From Acidimicrobiia bacterium (lineage in GTDB: Bacteria > Actinomycetota > Acidimicrobiia > Spongiisociales > ZC4RG35): a DNA stretch of 64,000 bases. Both the position numbers and the translations under genes were made by a program. The stretch is taken from contig CBDBCY010000004.1 of the NCBI GenBank assembly GCA_965203555.1, positions 1,504,001 to 1,568,000 of the forward strand. Direction: 5' to 3'. The notes under the pieces were generated by a model, which did no database searches, was not told the origin of the DNA, and saw nothing but the letters and a program-made list of their open reading frames with translations. Of this stretch, positions 1-10,015 are shown piece by piece; the first letter of the stretch is position 1; each line of letters starts with the position of its first letter.

Positions 1-932
1 CCCGCTTCGGTGATATCCAATCCGGCTTTTTGGTCGTAAGTGGGATGATCGAAACAGATCTCCACGCCCCCCATCTCCTCCACCAACTCGACAAAGCCCT
101 TGAACTCGATCCGCACGTAATGATCCACTTTCACACCGGTGAAATCCTCGATTACCACCCCCAGAAGTTCCGGTCCGCTCACGCCGCCCCCGCATCCCCA
201 CAGATTGGCGTTTATCCGGCGATGGTCCTTGGTGCACGGATTGGGCAGATACAGGTCCCGTGGAATGGAGACAAGCGCAGGAGGAGAGCCGTCCCCGGGA
301 AAGAGTCCCAGCATGATGGTGTCCGCCAGCTTGCCACTGGCGTCGGCGCCGATCAGCAACACCGCATCAAACATCTCGTCCGGCAGAGCGGGACTGGCCA
401 CATACGGATTGGAAAACGGTTCCGGTTCCTCTTCCGCCACTTCTGCCACATCCTGAGATTGAAGACCGAGTCCCCCCGCGCCCTGGATGAATTCGGGCGG
501 TCTCGCATTCTCATCCCGCAAGGCTGCTCGCCGGGAGGGCGACCGGGAGGCCTCCACGACGGATGGACGCGGGCCGGCCGAGTCGTCCTCCAGCGGTCTT
601 TCGGCATCGTCCTCGAATAGACCATTCCCCGAAGAACTCTTGACGTCCGACCCTTCCCGGGTTGGGTCATCCTTTCCGGGAAGCGGTGGCGGAATCGTGG
701 AGGCCAGTTGCCGGCGGTTGTCGAATTCGGACCGGGAAATCTCCACTTCTCCGACGGTCAGATTCTCCATGGTCTCTCGAGCATCCCCGGTTGAATACCG
801 CTCGCTTTCGGTGAATGTCTCCAAACCGAAGCTCACCAAGGTCAAAACCACCGAGAAAAACCCGATGACCCCCATCCACATCCGTCGCCGTTTCCAGCGC
901 CGCTTCATTCTCGCCTCGTCTTCGATAATCAT
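1..932 (-). CDS. LCP (LytR-CpsA-Psr) family cell-wall ligase, 3' end runs off the window
   Basis: Not in the ORF track because it has no stop in the window. Manual minus-strand translation from ATG 932 (or 908) gives a basic N-terminus plus TM helix (RRWKRRRMWMGVIGFFSVVLTLV), an acidic linker, then the LCP motifs LIGADASGKLADTIML, LVSIPRDLY, RINAN, VDHYVRIEFKGFVELVEEMGGVEIC. Confidence 0.85.
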   Translation of the reverse strand, partial: MIIEDEARMKRRWKRRRMWMGVIGFFSVVLTLVSFGLETFTESERYSTGDARETMENLTVGEVEISRSEFDNRRQLASTIPPPLPGKDDPTREGSDVKSSSGNGLFEDDAERPLEDDSAGPRPSVVEASRSPSRRAALRDENARPPEFIQGAGGLGLQSQDVAEVAEEEPEPFSNPYVASPALPDEMFDAVLLIGADASGKLADTIMLGLFPGDGSPPALVSIPRDLYLPNPCTKDHRRINANLWGCGGGVSGPELLGVVIEDFTGVKVDHYVRIEFKGFVELVEEMGGVEICFDHPTYDQKAGLDITEA

Positions 933-961
933 CCGCGACCAGTCTTTCGAAGAGAAGAGGC

Positions 962-1408
962 TTACCCTGCCCGAGCGGCGGGACCGGCGCCTTTGTGAAA
1001 GACCGTCCCGGTAAAGAGCCCGACAATTCGCCCGTCCTCTCGCTCCACCGTGATTCGGTAGGTAGCCACGGATCGAGATCGGGTGGCGGGGCGCGCCGTG
1101 GCCACCAGACGATCGCCCGCCTTCGCCGATGCGGCCTGGACCAGATGAGTGTCCAGGGCGACGGCCGGGATCCGGGCATTGGAGATCAAAGAGAGTGCAA
1201 TATCAGCAAGCGAATACACCGCGCCGCCGTGAACCAGTCCCATGAAATTGGTGTGGCGGGGTTCGATCCGCAGCGCCACCTTCAGATCCACCGGATCGGG
1301 ATTGATGAGTTCGGCGCCCAGGTGGGCCGCGTACGGATCGCAAGAAAACATCTCCCGGAGGTGAGGGAACTCCCCCACCACCCGGGGTGCGTTGGGCGGC
1401 TCAGACAT
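962..1408 (-). CDS. PaaI-family hotdog-fold thioesterase
   Basis: Motif HTNFMGLVHGGAVYSLAD. The start ATG 1408 (MSEPP) overlaps the stop of the upstream GATase; the longer ORF-track N-terminus is shadow sequence. Confidence 0.88.
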   Translation of the reverse strand: MSEPPNAPRVVGEFPHLREMFSCDPYAAHLGAELINPDPVDLKVALRIEPRHTNFMGLVHGGAVYSLADIALSLISNARIPAVALDTHLVQAASAKAGDRLVATARPATRSRSVATYRITVEREDGRIVGLFTGTVFHKGAGPAARAG

Positions 1409-2117
1409 CCAATCCGGCGATCCACGCATCGAACAACTGATGGGCGCCTTCAATGAAATCATCCTCGGCGTCTTCCATTTCGGAAGCGAACTCCTGCGGA
1501 GTCTTTCCCGCTCGTTCCAGCATCTGGCGAGCGCCGGTGCCGGCCCAGTCGTTGGCTTCCGAATTGTGGGTCTCGGGATGGAACTGGATAGCCAACGCCG
1601 ATCCCTGGACGAAAGCCTGGGGAAAGCGGTCGGAACGAGCGAGCAATTCACTGCCCGGCGGCCTCTCGAAGGTGTCCTGGTGCATGGAGAAGACCCGCCG
1701 TCCGGCCACCTTGGAAACAACGGGATGACGGCGACCCGCCTCGGTCAGTTCCACCGGAACCGCCCCCACCTCCGGACGCTCGGCAAGGTAGGCGCGGCCG
1801 CCCAAGGCTGCCGCCAGGAGTTGGGAGCCCAGGCAGATCCCCAAGACCGGAACCTCCCGGTCGACGGCTTGGCGGGCCAAGGCCATTTCCTCCAAAAGGT
1901 ACGGGTTCTCTTCGGTCTCATAGGCTCCCATGATCCCGCCCATGATCACCAAAGCTCCCACTTCGTCCACCGAGGGCACGGGTTCCCCATCGGCTGTGTT
2001 GATCTCCTCCCAGTCAACCCCGGAACGGTCGAGTCGCTCCCCCAACCTGCCCACCGACCCGCAGGAATGCTTGATTACCACCACTTTGCCCACTTTGGAC
2101 AGTTTACCGGAGGCCAA
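1401..2117 (-). CDS. Class I glutamine amidotransferase (GMP-synthase-like)
   Basis: Nucleophile elbow LGICLGSQ and QFHPE His-Glu pair; start uncertain by about 10 codons. Confidence 0.88.
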   Translation of the reverse strand: MASGKLSKVGKVVVIKHSCGSVGRLGERLDRSGVDWEEINTADGEPVPSVDEVGALVIMGGIMGAYETEENPYLLEEMALARQAVDREVPVLGICLGSQLLAAALGGRAYLAERPEVGAVPVELTEAGRRHPVVSKVAGRRVFSMHQDTFERPPGSELLARSDRFPQAFVQGSALAIQFHPETHNSEANDWAGTGARQMLERAGKTPQEFASEMEDAEDDFIEGAHQLFDAWIAGLDV

Positions 2118-2230
2118 AAGCTAACCTTAAACGTTCGTGCGGGCAGAAGGCCATCTTCCATATTTCTCAGAAAGACCCATAACCATCCCCTTCGTGGCAA
2201 AAAACCACGGTCTCAGCATTTGCCAAGGTC

Positions 2231-4444
2231 ATGCAGGATAATTGCCAGCCGCCAACCCCTCCCCACCGGCTACTGGGACTGACCGATCAGGAGCACGATG
2301 CCATCCGGGACCACTTGGGCCGCGAACCTAGACAGGCCGAACTCGCCGTTTACGGAGGCATGTGGTCGGAGGGTTGCTCCTACAAGTCCTCCACCCCCTA
2401 CCTGCGAAGACTCACCTCGGTCGCCTCATGGGTGGTGGTCGGACCGGGAGATAACGCCGGGGTGATCGACCTGGGAGAAGGGTGGATGCTGGCCCTTCGG
2501 ATCGAAAGTCACAATCATCCCTCCTACGTCGATCCCCACCATGGCGCCGCCACCGGAGTCGCCGGGGTGCTGAGAGACGTGGCGGCCATGGGCGCCCAGC
2601 CGGTAGCCCTGCTGAACCAGATTCGATTCGGGCCCCTCAGCCAGCCGAGGAGCCGGCAGAGGCTGCGGGATGTCGTGGAGGGAATGGCCGGATATGCCCG
2701 GACCGTGGGGGTCCCGATTGTGGGAGGGGAAGTGGCGTTCTCCGAGAGTTACGTGGACAACCCTCTGGTGAACGTGATGTGCGTGGGAACGCTCCGCCAG
2801 GGGGAACTGATCAGAGGGGTCGCCGGCCCGCCGGGCGCCAAGCTGGTGCTTCTGGGAGCGCCCACCGGCGCGGAGGGGATCGGTGGAGTGTCGATCCTTG
2901 CATCCACCGGCGCCCGGCGCTTGGAGTCTTCGCCGGTGACCATCCCGGAGGGCAATCCGGAGTTGGCCGCCGGGGTGCTGGCCGTGTGCCGGGAACTGGC
3001 CAGGAAGGGAGTGGTCGAGGGGATGCAGGACCTGGGGGGCGCAGGATTGGTCAGCGCCGCCGCCGAACCCGCCGCCCGATCCGGAGTCGGCGTCAGTATC
3101 GAGTTGTCCGCCATTCACACCCGCGGAGAAGAGATCGACGCAGCGGGCCTTTTGACCTCCGAGACCCAGGAGAGAATGTTGGCGTTCGTTGATCCTGGCT
3201 CCGTTTCAGAAGTCGTGGAGACCGCCCGGACCATGGGGGTCCACGCCTCGGTGATCGGAGAGGTGACCGCTTCACCGAACCTGCTGGTGACAAACCGGGA
3301 CGAGGTGGTGGCGGAGGCGCCGATCAAGTCCCTTACCGAAGGGGCGGTGGTCGACCATCATCAGATCGGCGAGCCGGGATGGATGGAGAATCTGTGGTCA
3401 AACAGCATCCGGTTCCTTCGCAGACCGGCACTGGGGGCGGTCCTGCTGGAGATCCTCGACGACCCCCGACTGGCCTCCAAACGCTGGATTTACCGGCAGT
3501 ACCCCACCGAGAGCAGGGAGGGCGTGATGGTCGGTCCGGGCCAGAATCATGCTCTTTTGAGAATCCCCGGCACCACCAAGTCGGTGGCGGTGTCCACCGA
3601 CGGAAACGGGCCCCTCTGTTACCTGGACCCGCGCCGCGGAGCGGGAAGACTGGTGTGTGAAGCGGCCCTCAACGTAGCCATATCCGGCGCCAGACCCCGG
3701 GCGGTGGTGGACAATCTCAATTTCGGAAGCCCCGACAGTCCCGACGTAATGTGGCAGTTCCGGGAGACTGTGGAAGGCTTGGCCGAAGCATGTGAGCTGC
3801 TCGGCCTGCCGGTGGTGTCGGGCAACGTGTCCTTCCACAACGAAATCGACGGGTACCCCATCTATCCCACCCCGGTGATCGGAGTGGTGGGAGTGGCGGA
3901 CCCGGCCCCGTCTCACCCACCCGGGATGGACCGGGCGGAGGAAGGCATGGAGTTGTGGTTACTGGGATTGAACAATACGGTCAACCTGGCGGGCAGCTCC
4001 TTTTCCAAAGTCGCTTTCGGTCACCTGGGAGGGCGTCCGGCCGCCGCTGACTTCACCCTCTGCCAGGCAGCAATCGAGACTGCCCTGCAACTGGTGAGCG
4101 AAGGCCTGACCCCGGTCCTGCACGACATTTCCGACGGAGGCCTGGCGCTGGCCGCGGCGGAGATCGCCATCTCTTCGCAGGTCGGAATCAACGTCATCTT
4201 CAAAGACTGGCGAAGCCTGTTCACCGAGGACCCCAACCGACTTCTGGCGGCGGTCCTGCCCAGGGACGTCCCCCGGCTGCTGGAGATCACCTCCCGGCAG
4301 GGCCTGCCCGCCTCTCAGGTCGGAACCTTCGGGGGAAGCGAAGTCTCCCTGGAGAGCGGCGGTGTGCGGGGCGCGGTCAACCTGGCGGTGGCCACCCGCA
4401 CGTGGCGGGACGCCATCGGCCGACGGATGGAGAAAGGGTCCTAA
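2231..4444 (+). CDS. purL: Phosphoribosylformylglycinamidine synthase large subunit (small-type PurL), divergent
   Basis: Motifs ESHNHPS, GAATGV, QDLGGAG, SETQERM, NLNFGSP, VSGNVSF, HDISDGG. The N-terminal motif reads WSEGCSYKS instead of WSEHCxYKS. Confidence 0.85.
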   Translation: MQDNCQPPTPPHRLLGLTDQEHDAIRDHLGREPRQAELAVYGGMWSEGCSYKSSTPYLRRLTSVASWVVVGPGDNAGVIDLGEGWMLALRIESHNHPSYVDPHHGAATGVAGVLRDVAAMGAQPVALLNQIRFGPLSQPRSRQRLRDVVEGMAGYARTVGVPIVGGEVAFSESYVDNPLVNVMCVGTLRQGELIRGVAGPPGAKLVLLGAPTGAEGIGGVSILASTGARRLESSPVTIPEGNPELAAGVLAVCRELARKGVVEGMQDLGGAGLVSAAAEPAARSGVGVSIELSAIHTRGEEIDAAGLLTSETQERMLAFVDPGSVSEVVETARTMGVHASVIGEVTASPNLLVTNRDEVVAEAPIKSLTEGAVVDHHQIGEPGWMENLWSNSIRFLRRPALGAVLLEILDDPRLASKRWIYRQYPTESREGVMVGPGQNHALLRIPGTTKSVAVSTDGNGPLCYLDPRRGAGRLVCEAALNVAISGARPRAVVDNLNFGSPDSPDVMWQFRETVEGLAEACELLGLPVVSGNVSFHNEIDGYPIYPTPVIGVVGVADPAPSHPPGMDRAEEGMELWLLGLNNTVNLAGSSFSKVAFGHLGGRPAAADFTLCQAAIETALQLVSEGLTPVLHDISDGGLALAAAEIAISSQVGINVIFKDWRSLFTEDPNRLLAAVLPRDVPRLLEITSRQGLPASQVGTFGGSEVSLESGGVRGAVNLAVATRTWRDAIGRRMEKGS

Positions 4445-4495
4445 CCCTTTGAAACCGGCCCGCTGAACTGGCGCCTCCCTACCGGAGGCCGGACA

Positions 4496-5257
4496 TCAAG
4501 ACGCGATTCCGCAGTCCTTCAGATAGTTTCCGATCGCATCAGCCAGCAGCCAGGCGTCGGGACTGAGCGCCACGAGCGAGGCACCCGCTTCCGCTCCTGC
4601 CTTGGCGTCCGCCGGTGATGAAACAGCGATCCCATAGGGAACGCCTCTCGCTCGGCATCCTTCAAAGACCTGCCCCACCAGCTCCCAGCGAGACTGTTCG
4701 TCCGCGAGCACGCCGTGGGTCAGTGACAAATCGACCGCACCCACCAGGACGGCATCGATCCCGGGAACGGCGAGAATCTCTGCCAAGTTCGCCAAACCAC
4801 CGCGGGTTTCGATCATGATCACGCACAGGACCTCGTTGTTAGCCATGTCCGTGCTCCACTCCGGTCGCCCCAGAGCGGCTCGCACCGGACCGAAACTCCG
4901 GCTGCCCAAAGGCGGAAAACGACAGGCTGCCACCGCTTCCGCCGCTTCGGCCGGGTTGTCGACCATTGGCACTATGACCCCGGTAGCTCCCGCATCCAGA
5001 ACCCTGCCGATCTCCCACCTATCGGGCCCATTCACCCGGACGATCGAAGGAAGACCGAAGCCATCGATCACCTGTAGAGCCGCGACCAACTGATCGTGAG
5101 CCCAAAGACCGTGCTGAAGATCGACTCCTACCCAGTCGTAGGGATGATGGCAAAACACCTCCGCCACAAACGGGGAAGGGATCATGCACCAGGCGCCGAA
5201 GCAGACATCCCCTCTTTGGAGCCGTTGTTTCAGGCCGTCTCTGGTCTGTTTCGTCAT
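4496..5257 (-). CDS. HpcH/HpaI class II aldolase
   Basis: Motifs DWVGVDLQHG, RVLDAGATGVIVPMV, FPPLGSRSFG, MIET. The ATG at 5257 overlaps the upstream stop (ATGA). Confidence 0.9.
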   Translation of the reverse strand: MTKQTRDGLKQRLQRGDVCFGAWCMIPSPFVAEVFCHHPYDWVGVDLQHGLWAHDQLVAALQVIDGFGLPSIVRVNGPDRWEIGRVLDAGATGVIVPMVDNPAEAAEAVAACRFPPLGSRSFGPVRAALGRPEWSTDMANNEVLCVIMIETRGGLANLAEILAVPGIDAVLVGAVDLSLTHGVLADEQSRWELVGQVFEGCRARGVPYGIAVSSPADAKAGAEAGASLVALSPDAWLLADAIGNYLKDCGIAS

Positions 5258-6225
5258 GCCGGTTGGCCGATGATAGCCAGTAGCCGCCGGCCCTCTTCCA
5301 GGCGATGGATGTTCTCGACGGCCATCTGGGCGCGGCGATCCGCCGTCTCCCGGGTGAGGCCCGCAATGTGTCCGGTCAAGGTCACTTTCGGATGGTTCAG
5401 CAGACCGCTTCCGGGGTCGGGAGGTTCGCTGCCGAATACATCGAGACCGGCCCCGGCCAGAGTTGCATTGGAAAGGGCCTCCAGGAGAGCATTTTCGTCC
5501 ACCAGGGCTCCCCGTGCCATGTTGATAATCCGCGCGCCGGGATGCATGAGGGCGATGCGCCTGCCATCCAGAAGATGACGGGTTCCGGAGTTGAGCGGAA
5601 CGTGAAGCGAAACAAAGTCGGCGCTCTGAAGTTGACTGTCGAGGTGGTCGATGTGACCGGCGAAGGAAAGCACCCGCCCTTCGCCATGCCGGGTTGAGAT
5701 GGGCTCTACGTCGAGGGCGTGAACCTGCATCCCAAACGCATGAGCCCTGACGGCCAAAGCTCTCCCGCTGGCGCCGAAGCCGACAATCAGAAGCAGCTTT
5801 CCACAAAGCTCTCCACCGAACGGTTCCCACATCCTGCCATTGCGCATCAACTCCTCGCTTCGCCGGGGCCGGCGGACCAGCATCAGCATGTGCATGACAG
5901 CACATTCAGCCAAGGCAATCGCGCTCGTCTGGCCGGGGCAATTGGCGACAACCAACCTTTTGGAGGCATAGGCAAGATCGAAGTGATCGAATCCGGTGCC
6001 CAGGATTTGCCATAGTCGAACGTTCCGGGCGGCATCCATCATGGATCTGGTGCCCCAGCCCCCCAGATCCACAACCACATCTGCGTCGGACAACTGTGAT
6101 TCGAGGTCGGCTTCGGAGTTCAGAGTGGTCAATCGATGTTTTGACGGAAGCACCTTTTGGAAAGCCTCCTGCCAGATGGTGAAGCCCCTCACCGGAATGA
6201 AAACAACCCGCAGGCCTGTGGTCAT
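5254..6225 (-). CDS. D-isomer-specific 2-hydroxyacid dehydrogenase
   Basis: Motifs GFGASG, DFVSLHVPLNSGT, INMARGALVDE, GLDVFGSEP, HIAG. Start ATG 6225. Confidence 0.9.
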   Translation of the reverse strand: MTTGLRVVFIPVRGFTIWQEAFQKVLPSKHRLTTLNSEADLESQLSDADVVVDLGGWGTRSMMDAARNVRLWQILGTGFDHFDLAYASKRLVVANCPGQTSAIALAECAVMHMLMLVRRPRRSEELMRNGRMWEPFGGELCGKLLLIVGFGASGRALAVRAHAFGMQVHALDVEPISTRHGEGRVLSFAGHIDHLDSQLQSADFVSLHVPLNSGTRHLLDGRRIALMHPGARIINMARGALVDENALLEALSNATLAGAGLDVFGSEPPDPGSGLLNHPKVTLTGHIAGLTRETADRRAQMAVENIHRLEEGRRLLAIIGQPA

Positions 6226-6254
6226 GACCGGGTTCTCCGACCGCCCAGATCGGT

Positions 6255-7313
6255 CTATCGGTCGTTCTCGGGCCGGGAGACGGCTTCTGCCGTCCCCCGC
6301 CCGGAAGAGGTTCGCTCCCGCATTGCCAGCAGGCGGCGATATTTCTCCCTCTGTTCCTGGGAAACCTGATCGATCGCCACTGCAACCACCAGCAGGGCTC
6401 CATTGGCAACCTGCGCCCATGCCGAATCGAGACCCACGGCGATAATCCCGTTGCGGATGTTGCCGATGAGCACCAAGGCGATCAGAACGCCTCCCAGGGA
6501 TCCCTCCCCCCCGCTGAACGCCACCCCGCCCAGGATGACGGCGGTTATCACTTCGAGTTCAAATCCCACTCCGAAGGTGGGGTTGGCCGTCCCCAACCTG
6601 CTGGCTGCAAGGAGCCCTACCAAGCCGACTATCAGCCCGTTCACCAGGAACAGCCCGATGGTCATCCTCCGTATGTTGATGCCGACTCGCTGCGCGGCGT
6701 CCCGACTGCTTCCCATGGCGTAGATGTGGCGACCGGTCGTGGTGCGGTGCAGGTAGATCCCCACCACTGCGAAGCCCAGGAACAGGAACCAGACCGGAGA
6801 CTGGAGACCGAAGAACCTGGTCCCACCGAGGATCTTGAACTGGTCGGGCACGCCCGTCACCGCGTAGCCGCTGGTCATGAGAACGGCAACTCCCCGCAAC
6901 ACCGCCAGCATTCCCAGTGTGATTATCAAGGGAGAGATCTTGAACCGCCACACCATCAGGCCGTTCAACAGCCCTATGGCGCCCCCCACCGCCATGCCGG
7001 CAAGGATGGCCGGAATCACCCCGATATCGCGAGCCGCCAAGGCTGCGGCTGTGGCGCACACGGCCATCATGGAACCGATGGACAAGTCGATGTTGCCTCC
7101 GATCATCAGAAGACTGGTGCCCAGCGCTCCGATACCGATGAATGCGATTTGAAGTCCAATCACCCGGTAGTTATCGAAGTTGAAGTAGAACGGCGCGGTA
7201 AAACGCAGGAAAATCAGCCAGATGGCCAGAGCGATCAAGAGTCCGATATTGCGGGCCCCGATCCGAGGCAGGAAACGAAGTCTGCGCTTCTCTCCGTTTT
7301 GGGAGGATTTCAT
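6255..7313 (-). CDS. Sugar ABC transporter permease (RbsC-like)
   Basis: Multi-TM protein with IDLSIGS, GRHIYAMG, FELEVITAVILGG. Confidence 0.92.
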   Translation of the reverse strand: MKSSQNGEKRRLRFLPRIGARNIGLLIALAIWLIFLRFTAPFYFNFDNYRVIGLQIAFIGIGALGTSLLMIGGNIDLSIGSMMAVCATAAALAARDIGVIPAILAGMAVGGAIGLLNGLMVWRFKISPLIITLGMLAVLRGVAVLMTSGYAVTGVPDQFKILGGTRFFGLQSPVWFLFLGFAVVGIYLHRTTTGRHIYAMGSSRDAAQRVGINIRRMTIGLFLVNGLIVGLVGLLAASRLGTANPTFGVGFELEVITAVILGGVAFSGGEGSLGGVLIALVLIGNIRNGIIAVGLDSAWAQVANGALLVVAVAIDQVSQEQREKYRRLLAMRERTSSGRGTAEAVSRPENDR

Positions 7314-8122
7314 AGATCCTCCCCGAGATCGTCCATTCCCGTCATGGCGGAGACGATCTCTCTTCGATTGGTCGAGGCCGCCGGCGTATCCAATACCACC
7401 GCACCCAGCCGCAGCACCACGATCCGATCAGCGACCCGGAAGACGTCTTCCAGACTGTGGCTGATCATCACCACCCCGACCCCTTGTTCGGCTACCTTCC
7501 TGATCAGAATCAAAGAAGCCTGGGTTTGGGTTACTCCCAGAGCGGCGGTCGGTTCGTCGAGGATCACCAGTCGGTGGGCCTTTACCAAGGCCCTGGCAAT
7601 CGCCACTGCCTGCCGCTGCCCGCCGGACAGCCTGGCTACCCGGGTGTGCAGGTCAGGGATGGCCGCACCCACCCTTCCGATCAATTCTCCGGCACGGTGG
7701 GCCGATTCCCGTTCGTCTATGAATTTCACCGGTCCTATCTTCAGCCGAACCGGCTCTTGGCCCAACATCACATTGGCAGACGCCGAGAGGGTGTCGCACA
7801 GCGCCAGATCCTGGTATACCGCTTCTATTCCAAGTTGTCTTGCCTGCAGAGTGGTCAGGCCGGCGTAAGACTCACCGCCCACCAGAATCTCTCCTTCATC
7901 CGGGCGATGGACGCCCGTAATGACCTTGATGAGAGTGCTTTTTCCGGCGCCGTTGTCTCCAACCAGGCAAAGCACCTCCCCACCCCGCACTCCCAGGCTG
8001 GCTTGGTCCACCGCTTGGAGCGCCCCGAAGTACTTCGAGACGCTCCGCACTTCCACCACATAGTCGGACTGGCCGCGCCGACCACTATCGCCGATGGTCC
8101 CAGGTTGCATGTCTTGGTTCAA
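7310..8122 (-). CDS. Sugar ABC transporter ATP-binding protein
   Basis: Walker A GDNGAGKS, signature LSGGQ, Walker B ILDEP, ISH. Confidence 0.93.
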   Translation of the reverse strand: MNQDMQPGTIGDSGRRGQSDYVVEVRSVSKYFGALQAVDQASLGVRGGEVLCLVGDNGAGKSTLIKVITGVHRPDEGEILVGGESYAGLTTLQARQLGIEAVYQDLALCDTLSASANVMLGQEPVRLKIGPVKFIDERESAHRAGELIGRVGAAIPDLHTRVARLSGGQRQAVAIARALVKAHRLVILDEPTAALGVTQTQASLILIRKVAEQGVGVVMISHSLEDVFRVADRIVVLRLGAVVLDTPAASTNRREIVSAMTGMDDLGEDL

Positions 8123-8141
8123 TAAACCAGGACTTTAGGGA

Positions 8142-9299
8142 TCAGAGCAGACCGACGTCCGTCTCCGGGTTGAACGGCCGGTTGTGAGGAATCGAATACT
8201 GATCCCATATTTTCGGGTTCATCGGGTCAGCCGTGTCGGCGATGTATTCCTCGACATTGTCGGCATTGACTATCAAGGCCGTCTGGTTTCGCCATATTGG
8301 AATCGATTCACCCTGCAGAGCTGCCGCCATCTCCATGCTGGCCAGGGCGCCGGATGCGCCGAACAGGAAAGAGGCCGATGCCTGCACGATCGACGTTCCT
8401 TTCTTCATTTCGTCCAGCGCGCCGGCAATGGCGTCCACGCCTCCGAGCCAGAAATCGTCGGGGTCGTCCCTGCCGGCCTCAAGAGCGGCCACCTGGGCTC
8501 CCAGCATTCCGTCGTCGTTGAAGCAGAGAATCGCATCCAGATCGGGATGGGCCTGAAGCAGGCTTGCGCCCCCGTCAACCCCTGTCTGGTTGCTAAATGC
8601 CTCGGCCTTTCCAACCAACTCCACGTCGGGAAGCAACTCGGCCATCTTGACTTCCATCGCCAGGGTCCGGGCGGTGAGGGCGGGAATCGAAGTAAGTTCG
8701 AACAACGCCCACTTGCCCTTCCCGCCTTTCTTCTCCTGGAACCATTCGGCCGCCGCCTCGGCAACTCCGAATCCTGCACCCACATTGTCCACTTGGATGA
8801 ATTGAGTAGTGGTGGGGAACCACGAGGTCCAAGTGATAGTAATCAAACCGGCGTCCTGGGCACGCTGACCCCAGTCCTCCCACCCTTCGGGCTGGATGTT
8901 GAAGATAAAGGCACCGTCGAAGTTCTGTGTTATGAAAGCCTCGGCGTCGGTGACCTGTTTCACCCCGTCTCCTCCGGCGTCGAGCACGGTTTCCACGTCC
9001 AGTCCCGTGCCTGCCATCTCCTGGTAGAGGCGGATGGCGTCGATGATCTCATCGTGCACACCGGCCTGCACCCATTGCGAAATCCCGCATCGCCTGCCCG
9101 CCAGCGGCGGTGCGGCGGTGGTGGTGGGCGCCGCCGTGGTAGTGGTAGCAGCCGCCGTGGTAGTGGTAGCGGCTTCCGCGCCGCAGGCGGCGAGACCGAT
9201 TCCCACCGCTCCCAATCCGGCCAGCCGAATAAAATCCCGGCGGCTGACATGAGTCAGATGCTCTCTCGGGTGCTTCTTCGAACTGTTCCTTCCAGACAT
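8142..9299 (-). CDS. Sugar ABC substrate-binding lipoprotein with Tat signal
   Basis: Twin-arginine SRRDFIR, lipobox LAAC, T/A-rich linker, PBP1 motifs VDNVGAG, AILCFNDD, GVD. Confidence 0.88.
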   Translation of the reverse strand: MSGRNSSKKHPREHLTHVSRRDFIRLAGLGAVGIGLAACGAEAATTTTAAATTTTAAPTTTAAPPLAGRRCGISQWVQAGVHDEIIDAIRLYQEMAGTGLDVETVLDAGGDGVKQVTDAEAFITQNFDGAFIFNIQPEGWEDWGQRAQDAGLITITWTSWFPTTTQFIQVDNVGAGFGVAEAAAEWFQEKKGGKGKWALFELTSIPALTARTLAMEVKMAELLPDVELVGKAEAFSNQTGVDGGASLLQAHPDLDAILCFNDDGMLGAQVAALEAGRDDPDDFWLGGVDAIAGALDEMKKGTSIVQASASFLFGASGALASMEMAAALQGESIPIWRNQTALIVNADNVEEYIADTADPMNPKIWDQYSIPHNRPFNPETDVGLL

Positions 9300-9319
9300 C
9301 TGAATCCTCCTGTCCGCTC

Positions 9320-9356
9320 TGATCTAGATATAAGAGATCATATCATTAGATATCTC
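9320..9356. promoter_or_regulatory. Putative operator upstream of the sugar ABC operon
   Basis: AT-rich patch with inverted repeat TGATCT-N9-AGATCA (9320-9340) and AGATATCT, 20-55 bp upstream of the SBP start. Confidence 0.4.
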
Positions 9357-10015
9357 GTCTCCTCCATGAAAATCGCTAAAAAAGATACGCGTCCAATGAC
9401 TGCAGGATCACAGGAGTAACCCCACCGAACTCACCGACCCTGGCGCGCTCCCTCAATCTGCACGTTGGGGAAACCAAAGATCAAACCCGGTCCCTCCCCC
9501 ACAATCCTGCCATGAATCCCGCCCGATACCTTGAAAGTGTCACAGCGGCAGGCCACATTGGAACCAGCACAAACATCGAAGTGGTCCGGATCGCCTCGAT
9601 CATCAACAAGCCTCGACCATCGGCGAACGACCTTCACAACGTTTCGCCAGGTCGAGCAACCAAGCCGGCAACATTCCCCGGTTCGGACGGTCCTGCACTG
9701 CCCGACGTTTCTCGACCGGAAAGGCGGCGGCGGGTCGGGAGGGCAGTCCTAAGAATTAAGGACGCCCGACGGCCATCCGCAATAGACCTACATTTGCAGG
9801 TGCCCCGGTTCAGCCAGACTGATGAGGGGGGATTTGACGAAACTAACGCCGAAGTCGCTGGAATGCCTCTACACGAGTTGCCACTTGTTCCGTGGGCTAG
9901 TTCTGCTGGCTTCAGTAGGCCGCACCTCTGGCCATCTTCCTTTCCATTCGACGAAGCCACCGGAGAACCGCCTCCACGGGTCATGCCCAACTCCTCCGCC
10001 AAAATGGCCCGCCGA

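Noticed and set aside
30-1014. Plus-strand ORFs 30-620 and 487-1014
   Set aside because: They are shadows of the minus-strand LCP gene.
1401-2117. Calling the GATase purQ because it neighbours purL
   Set aside because: It lacks the PurQ signatures FPGSNC, GGFSYGD and GICNGFQ.
5258-5905. Long N-terminal extensions in the ORF track (aldolase here; also thioesterase, crotonase, LivF and MpaB-like)
   Set aside because: They overlap neighbouring real genes, and better starts adjoin the upstream stop codons.
9813-9861. Hammerhead-ribozyme-like core (CTGATGA...GAAAC...GTC)
   Set aside because: The core nucleotides are in order, but stem II has only one pair, stem III is very short and the first stem I pair is mismatched. 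Probably chance; an Rfam cmsearch would settle it.
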